64,000 nucleotides of DNA from Geopsychrobacteraceae bacterium (GTDB lineage: Bacteria > Desulfobacterota > Desulfuromonadia > Desulfuromonadales > Geopsychrobacteraceae): positions 2,432,001 through 2,496,000 of the forward strand of contig OY759353.1 of NCBI GenBank assembly GCA_963662315.1. Reading direction: 5' to 3'. Both the position numbers and the translations under genes were made by a program. Below the pieces are notes generated by a model, which saw only the letters and a program-made list of their open reading frames with translations, did not search any database and was not told the origin of the DNA. Positions 58,426 to 64,000 of this stretch are shown in pieces. The stretch's first letter is position 1. The number at the start of each line of letters is the position of its first letter.

Positions 58426-59154
58426 TCATCCAGCTCTAGCTACGGTCACGACAGTTACCTTCTGCGCCCCTGCGGCCAGCAGAGTCTTGGTACAGGCCGC
58501 AACGGTGGCACCAGTGGTAAAGACATCATCAACCAGCAACACATGCTCACCACTCAACACCTCCTTGCACATGAACGCACGCAGAATATTCCGTTCACGG
58601 TCCGTAGCAGAAAGATTGTGCTGCGGCAAAGTCTGATGCTGTTTACGTAAAAGACGCTGGTTAACCGGGCAAGCCAGCATACGGCCTAATTCGCGGGCCA
58701 GAAGGCCTGCCTGGTTATAACTTCGTTGCCTCATTCCAGATACATGCAATGGTACAGGCACTATCAGGTCATAACGCTCCGCAGGAGGTAGAGCCCTCTT
58801 CATAAAGCAAGCTAATGATCGATCAAGATTAACACGCTTTTCGAATTTGAACTGGCGGATAGCCGTCTGCAGTGTACCCTGATACAGACCAGCACAATAG
58901 ACCGCGACAAAAGCAGGGGACGTGCGTAAACAGCGGGGGCAGAGATGGGCGTGGCCGGAAACACCGGCAAAAGGCTGGCAACAAAGGACACAACGCGCCG
59001 CGGGCAACGGCCGGACAGCGTTGAGACAGGTTTGACACCAGGGCTCATTCCATCCGACCGGTAACGTTGCATGGCACAACGCACAGGCCGGGGGAAAGAG
59101 AAATTTGAACAGGCGGTTAAAATACCGCCGGAGTAGCTCAGTTAAAACGAAAAT
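58426..59154 (-). CDS. comF: ComF family protein (double zinc ribbon + PRTase); start uncertain
   Basis: LFPPACALC...CQTC...CVLC...CPRC, PVPLH, R.YNQA, LLVDDVFTTGAT. The frame is open upstream of the tracked TTG. Confidence 0.85.
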   Translation of the reverse strand: MFVLTELLRRYFNRLFKFLFPPACALCHATLPVGWNEPWCQTCLNAVRPLPAARCVLCCQPFAGVSGHAHLCPRCLRTSPAFVAVYCAGLYQGTLQTAIRQFKFEKRVNLDRSLACFMKRALPPAERYDLIVPVPLHVSGMRQRSYNQAGLLARELGRMLACPVNQRLLRKQHQTLPQHNLSATDRERNILRAFMCKEVLSGEHVLLVDDVFTTGATVAACTKTLLAAGAQKVTVVTVARAG

Positions 59155-59182
59155 CCCCTCCTGCTTTTCGTTTATGACAAAA

Positions 59183-60715
59183 CTATGAATGACTAATCAA
59201 CGATGTGCCTGTCATAACTTCAGGCTTTTGCAGATTGAGCAGTTCCAGAACCGTCGGAGCCAAATCGGCAAGCATACCTTCGCGCACTTTTGCCTCTTTA
59301 TGATCCGGGTCGACCAGAATAAAGGGAACCAGATTGCTGGTATGTGCCGTGTGAGGCTGACCATTGTCACCCATCATCTGCTCACAGTTGCCATGATCAG
59401 CGGTGATCAATAATTTCCCGCCAGCAGCCAGAACCCCGTCTACAACACGACCAAGACAGGTATCAACTGTTTGCACCGCCTGCACTGCGGCTTCGAGGAT
59501 GCCGGTATGACCAACCATGTCACAGTTGGCAAAGTTGAGAATGATCACTTCATACTGCGCCGCGGCAATCCGCTTCAGTACTTCCTCAGTCACTTCCAGA
59601 GCACTCATAGCAGGCTTCTGGTCGTAAGTAGCAACGTCCTTTGGGGAAGGGATCAGCACCCGGTCTTCACCCGGCCAGGCGTGCTCAACACCTCCATTGA
59701 AAAAGAACGTAACGTGAGCATATTTTTCAGTTTCGGCAATACGCAGCTGTTTCAGACCCGCTTCAGCGACAACCTCGGCAAGAATTTTCGGGTAAGTTTC
59801 TGACGGAAACGCAACCGGCAGTCCGAACGTTTCATCATATTCGGTCAGGCAGACATAATCGGCAAGCCTGGCAACTTTTCTACGCTCAAAACCATCAAAG
59901 CTGTCAAAAACCAACGCCCTGGTGATTTCACGGGCTCGGTCAGCCCGAAAATTGAAGAAGATCACGACATCATCATCGTCAATCGTAGCCGCTGTTGTCC
60001 CGATCACGGTTGGTTCGACAAACTCATCGGTTTTGCCATCGCCATAAGCCACAGCAATCGCTTCTGCTGACGAAGCGGCCTGCAAACCGATGCCAGAGGT
60101 CATGCCCAGGTATGATTTTTCAACCCTGTCCCAGCGATTGTCACGATCCATAACCCAGTAACGACCAGAGACTGTTGCAACACGGCCAAGTCCGATATCA
60201 ACCAGTTTTTCTTCGAGTTCCCGGAGAAAATCAACCCCGCTTTGCGGCGGCGTATCGCGACCATCAAGAAACGCATGGACACACACATCTTTCACACCGC
60301 AATCTTTAGCTAGCTGCACCAAGGCATAAAGGTGCTGATTATGCGAGTGAACCCCCCCATTGGACAACAAACCGAGTAAATGAAGCTTGGTTCCTCTGGC
60401 TGCCGCCTTTTCACAGGCACCTTTCAGCGTTGAATTTGAAAAAAATGAGCCATCTTCAATGGACAGGGAAATCCGACTTAAATCTTGATAGATGATACGG
60501 CCAGCTCCAATGTTGAGGTGACCGACTTCAGAATTCCCCATTTGACCATCAGGCAGACCGACGGCCTGCCCCGAAGCCTTAAGCAAACTATTGGGCCACT
60601 CGCTGCGCAACCGATCCATAACAGGCGTTTTCGCAATACAGGCAGCGTTAAAGTCACAGCTGGAGCGAACACCCCAGCCGTCAAGAATAACAAGAGCAAC
60701 AGGCCCTTTTTTCAT
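59183..60715 (-). CDS. gpmI: 2,3-bisphosphoglycerate-independent phosphoglycerate mutase
   Basis: [41 protein letters not shown]. Confidence 0.97.
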   Translation of the reverse strand: MKKGPVALVILDGWGVRSSCDFNAACIAKTPVMDRLRSEWPNSLLKASGQAVGLPDGQMGNSEVGHLNIGAGRIIYQDLSRISLSIEDGSFFSNSTLKGACEKAAARGTKLHLLGLLSNGGVHSHNQHLYALVQLAKDCGVKDVCVHAFLDGRDTPPQSGVDFLRELEEKLVDIGLGRVATVSGRYWVMDRDNRWDRVEKSYLGMTSGIGLQAASSAEAIAVAYGDGKTDEFVEPTVIGTTAATIDDDDVVIFFNFRADRAREITRALVFDSFDGFERRKVARLADYVCLTEYDETFGLPVAFPSETYPKILAEVVAEAGLKQLRIAETEKYAHVTFFFNGGVEHAWPGEDRVLIPSPKDVATYDQKPAMSALEVTEEVLKRIAAAQYEVIILNFANCDMVGHTGILEAAVQAVQTVDTCLGRVVDGVLAAGGKLLITADHGNCEQMMGDNGQPHTAHTSNLVPFILVDPDHKEAKVREGMLADLAPTVLELLNLQKPEVMTGTSLISHS

Positions 60716-60716
60716 A

Positions 60717-62093
60717 CTAATCCTCCCGGGCGCCATGCGGTATCATCTTCGGCTGTTCAACCATCTGGGCGTCCTCAATCTGTTTACGTTCAGGTAAACC
60801 CAGTGTATCCCACTTCTTGCATTCAGGGCAACGGCAGGACCATTCGGCGAAACGAGCACCGCATGAGTCACAGACAAAACCCAGCTTGAAGTGATTATCG
60901 ATGCCAAGGGCTTTCTGATACTCACTGACCGCTTCAGTGATGTTGTTGCGACGCCGCTGTCCTTCAGCCAGAAGCAGGTGCAGCTTGGTAAATTCGATCC
61001 CGCGTGATTCGAGGTCAGTCAGTTGCTGCATTGCTTCATCAACCATTTCAAGACGCAGGTAGGTGCGACCGAGGTACAATCGCAGCAGGAGATCGTCGGG
61101 ATCGGCCTGCATCTGGGCACGATAAAAGGCCAGCAGGGCCGACGGATCTTCAGCATGAATATAGAGCTCTTCCAGACGCGCCAGGAATATAGTCTTCTTA
61201 AGCGCCTTGTAACCATCCTGATAAACCTTGGCCGCTTCATTTTCACGACCGGACGTCCGGTAGGCATCCCCCAGGGTAACGCGGGCGGGAGTAAAACTGG
61301 CGTTATGCTTGATAATGTCCCGGCATACATCAATAGCGGCATCCACTTCACCATTTAGCAGCTGCTTTTGAGCCATTTCATAGCGCAACTGGTAAAGAAT
61401 CTGCTTTTCCTGATCGCCCTTGGGACCGGAAGCAGCAGACTTCAGAATCCGTTTCTGCAACGCCAGGGCGTCATCAAGACTACCCAGCTCAATTTGAATA
61501 TCACGCAACGCACGCATCGCCTTGCGGTTTTCACTGTCGTCAGCCAACAGCTCTTTATAAACCGCCATGGCCTCTTGCTGATGCCCAGCAGCTTCAAAAG
61601 TTTTTGCCAATTTAAACAGAACCTCGATCCCTTTCGGCTCCAATTTGCGCGCTTTTTGCAATAGAGCAATCCCTTCCTCCGGCTCTCCTTCCTGCAGGGC
61701 AACACTGGCCAGGGCCAGGTAGCCATCAACCCGCTGGGGATCACGATCAATGACCTTCTGCAACAGACTTTTGGCCTTTTTCAGATCACCTGACAGCAGA
61801 CGGCCGACACCGTTGCGATATACCTGGGTAATCTCTTCGGATTTTTTCTTTGAACGCCCACGTTTCCAGCAGCGGAACGACATAACAAACGCGCTAAGCA
61901 TATGGACGCCGGTACCGATCGCCAAACCGATCAGCAGGATACAGATCAGCATTAATGCTGTCGGCAGAGTAAAGCTCAGATCGCTGGTCAGAAAAACCGT
62001 CACATCACCCGGATTAATCCCCCAGAAAAATAGAAAAGCTGAAGCAAATGCAATAAATACCAATACAAACAGAGCAATGATGACCATAACCAT
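60717..62093 (-). CDS. lapB: LapA-LapB-like fusion (TM hairpin, TPR repeats, C-terminal rubredoxin-like CxxC...CxxC)
   Basis: N-terminal F...N...V.V + TM (LapA-like), TPR helices, CDSCG.....W..RCPECK.W. Confidence 0.72.
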   Translation of the reverse strand: MVMVIIALFVLVFIAFASAFLFFWGINPGDVTVFLTSDLSFTLPTALMLICILLIGLAIGTGVHMLSAFVMSFRCWKRGRSKKKSEEITQVYRNGVGRLLSGDLKKAKSLLQKVIDRDPQRVDGYLALASVALQEGEPEEGIALLQKARKLEPKGIEVLFKLAKTFEAAGHQQEAMAVYKELLADDSENRKAMRALRDIQIELGSLDDALALQKRILKSAASGPKGDQEKQILYQLRYEMAQKQLLNGEVDAAIDVCRDIIKHNASFTPARVTLGDAYRTSGRENEAAKVYQDGYKALKKTIFLARLEELYIHAEDPSALLAFYRAQMQADPDDLLLRLYLGRTYLRLEMVDEAMQQLTDLESRGIEFTKLHLLLAEGQRRRNNITEAVSEYQKALGIDNHFKLGFVCDSCGARFAEWSCRCPECKKWDTLGLPERKQIEDAQMVEQPKMIPHGARED

Positions 62094-62130
62094 CTCCAGA
62101 CTGACCCGCTACCGGGTTCTCAGAAGTTAC

Positions 62131-62484
62131 TTATTCACCGAACTTTTCGATTTCCACCTTACAGTCAATGCAATAGCGCGAAAAAGGACGAACTTCCATA
62201 CGCCGCGGCGAAATTTCCTCTTCGCAACGGGCGCACAAACCATAAACCCCAAGCCGGATCCGCTCCAGGGCAGCATCAATATCACGCACCCGCCCGCGCT
62301 GGGTTTCACTCAGATTCATCAGGACTTCCTGATTATAACTGTTTGATGACATGTCTCCAATATCAGGGACGCCATCTTTACCCAGGGATTGGGATGCCTC
62401 GTAGGCTTTTTCAGCCTCCTGCAGGACCTCTTCCCGCATCTGCAACAGTTGAGCCTTAATCTCTGCAAGCTTTTCTGCGTCCAT
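62131..62484 (-). CDS. TraR/DksA C4-type zinc finger protein
   Basis: D..D tip (PDIGD), ID.AL.RI..G.YG.C..C...I...R......C..C. Confidence 0.88.
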   Translation of the reverse strand: MDAEKLAEIKAQLLQMREEVLQEAEKAYEASQSLGKDGVPDIGDMSSNSYNQEVLMNLSETQRGRVRDIDAALERIRLGVYGLCARCEEEISPRRMEVRPFSRYCIDCKVEIEKFGE

Positions 62485-62523
62485 ACGCTTTCCACATCCT
62501 CCTGCGGTTACTCATGATAAATA

Positions 62524-62997
62524 TCAACGATTATGATAGGGTTCGTTTTTGATAATCGTACAACACCGGTAAAGTTGTTCGAGCAAAAAGATTCTCGCCA
62601 TTTGGTGAGTAAAGGTCATGCGGGATAGACCAAGCAGGTAGCCTGCCCGGTTGCGAACCTCATCGGATAAGCCATAAGGACCTCCGATAATCAGTGTCCA
62701 GTCGCGCCCCCCCTGTATCATCTCCCGGTTCAGCATTTCAGCAAATTGTTCGGAACCTGGATTTTTACCTCTTTCATCCAGAGCAATAACAAACGAATGT
62801 TCGGGAATTTTGGCTAAAATCCTTTCCCCTTCGCGCCGCACCAGAATTGTCGAATCCCCCCGTTTCCCCCCTTTTTCCTCCTTCAGCTCAACGATGTCTG
62901 TAGGAAAATAACGTTGCAGGCGGTTGACAAAATCTGCGGCTGCTGTACGCTGCCACGCTTCGGTCAGCTTTCCGACACAAACAACGTGCAGCTTCAT
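62524..62997 (-). CDS. rlmH: 23S rRNA m3-pseudouridine1915 methyltransferase
   Basis: VGK, LDERG, IIGGPYG, LS.MTFTH, EQLYR, PYH. Confidence 0.95.
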   Translation of the reverse strand: MKLHVVCVGKLTEAWQRTAAADFVNRLQRYFPTDIVELKEEKGGKRGDSTILVRREGERILAKIPEHSFVIALDERGKNPGSEQFAEMLNREMIQGGRDWTLIIGGPYGLSDEVRNRAGYLLGLSRMTFTHQMARIFLLEQLYRCCTIIKNEPYHNR

Positions 62998-63003
62998 AAG
63001 GTT

Positions 63004-63360
63004 TTATTCTCCGGTATCTTCAAGCTCAACCTCGGGGGCTTCGCTCCAAAGGCCTTCGAGGTCATAAAAATCACGCACCGGGGTTTGAAAAATGTGGATC
63101 ATGACATCACCGTAGTCGAGCAAAACCCACCGCCCCTGGTCCAGACCCTCAACAGCCAGTGGCAACAGTTGGTGTTGATGCTTTAATTCACCTTTAACGT
63201 GCTCGGCAAGGGCCTGAACCTGGCGGTCAGAACGCCCTGAGACAAGCAAAATATAGTCGGTCAGTGAAGAAAGTTCAGCAACCTCAAACAGTTTGAGATC
63301 AAAGCCCTTTTTATCCAGAGCATAATGTACTGCGGTAAGTGCTATTTCTTTGGCTTGCAA
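63004..63360 (-). CDS. rsfS: Ribosome silencing factor
   Basis: DKKG.D, S.RQV.A, WVLLDYGDV.IH.F....R.FYDLE.LW. Confidence 0.95.
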   Translation of the reverse strand: MQAKEIALTAVHYALDKKGFDLKLFEVAELSSLTDYILLVSGRSDRQVQALAEHVKGELKHQHQLLPLAVEGLDQGRWVLLDYGDVMIHIFQTPVRDFYDLEGLWSEAPEVELEDTGE

Positions 63361-63373
63361 ATTAGTATCCGTT

Positions 63374-64000
63374 CTAGGTTAAGTAAAGTCCGTGGGCTTT
63401 GATATATTCCACCACATTGTCGGGAACCAGGTCAGCGGCGGACCTGGTCTGCGCTAACTCGTGCCGGACGGCTGTCGATGAGATGTCACGGCAGGTGTGA
63501 GTCACCGGAATCAGTGAAAAGCCCGTATCACACTGCATTTTTTTGAAATCGGCATCATAACAGAAGCGATCCGCGATAGCAACCGGCAGAAAATCAACAA
63601 TGCTCCCGACCACCCCTGGGCGCGCCGCGACAACAATATGGGCAAACTCAAACAAGCGGGCATAGTCCTTCCACAGGCTTATCTCCTGGAACGAGTCCAA
63701 CCCCATAATAAAGTAGAATTCATGTTCGGGGTGACGCTGACTCAGCAATCGCAGTGTATCCACGGAGTAACTGACACCACCCCGTTCCCCTTCGATAGCA
63801 CAGGCTTTAAAAGCGGGATTCCCAGCTATCGCAAGACGAACCATTGCCAACCGGTCAGCAAAGGACACCCCTTCGGCAAGTGATTTATGTGGAGGACGGC
63901 ATGTCGGCACAAACCAGACTTCTTCCAGCTCACAGACGTGTAAAATTTCTTCTGCAATATGCAAATGCCCGTAGTGTATAGGGTTGAAAGTCCCCCCCAA
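63374..64000 (-). CDS. nadD: Nicotinate-nucleotide adenylyltransferase (5' end truncated by window edge)
   Basis: GGTFNPIHYGHL, PPHK, SYSVDTL, FIMG.D, ISST, YI....LY. Confidence 0.95.
   Translation of the reverse strand: MGGTFNPIHYGHLHIAEEILHVCELEEVWFVPTCRPPHKSLAEGVSFADRLAMVRLAIAGNPAFKACAIEGERGGVSYSVDTLRLLSQRHPEHEFYFIMGLDSFQEISLWKDYARLFEFAHIVVAARPGVVGSIVDFLPVAIADRFCYDADFKKMQCDTGFSLIPVTHTCRDISSTAVRHELAQTRSAADLVPDNVVEYIKAHGLYLT

Noticed and set aside
1..64000. CRISPR arrays, tRNA/rRNA, IS elements, prophage or defence systems
   Set aside because: No regularly spaced repeats, transposase, integrase or structural RNA signatures recognised by eye. The SNase-like gene looks like an ordinary exported nuclease.

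Overview
Bacterial chromosomal window, probably from an anaerobic Desulfuromonadales/Geobacter-like deltaproteobacterium (inferred from gene content). Left part (1-37 kb) is a metal/corrinoid acquisition region. It has two tandem cobalamin-riboswitch-controlled modules, each encoding an exported BtuF-CbiZ fusion and a membrane-anchored stand-alone CobN-like protein. The left-hand module also has two TonB-dependent receptors, DUF2162, an ExbB-like protein, DUF2149 and ExbB, an HmuSTUV-like layout. Next come a DtxR-FeoA/split FeoB operon, a third B12 riboswitch before a MATE + Nik/Dpp ABC operon, nfeD-SPFH, and an iron-limitation cluster (LbtU-like porin, DUF3793, Crp/Fnr, flavodoxin, DUF2325) with paired Fur-like and TGTGA-N6-TCACA boxes. 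Right part is mostly housekeeping: cvfB, Rrf2-larE, mscS, murI, class III RNR, dus, cbiET, cobC, engB, ferritin, TRAP, a PAS kinase, comF, gpmI, lapAB, dksA-like, rlmH, rsfS, nadD. Key observation missing from the ORF track: the class III ribonucleotide reductase is split inside its C-terminal zinc site. The glycyl-radical loop is a separate 48-aa gene with its own RBS, and nrdG appears to start at a CTG overlapping that gene's stop. No rRNA, tRNA, CRISPR array or mobile element was recognised.
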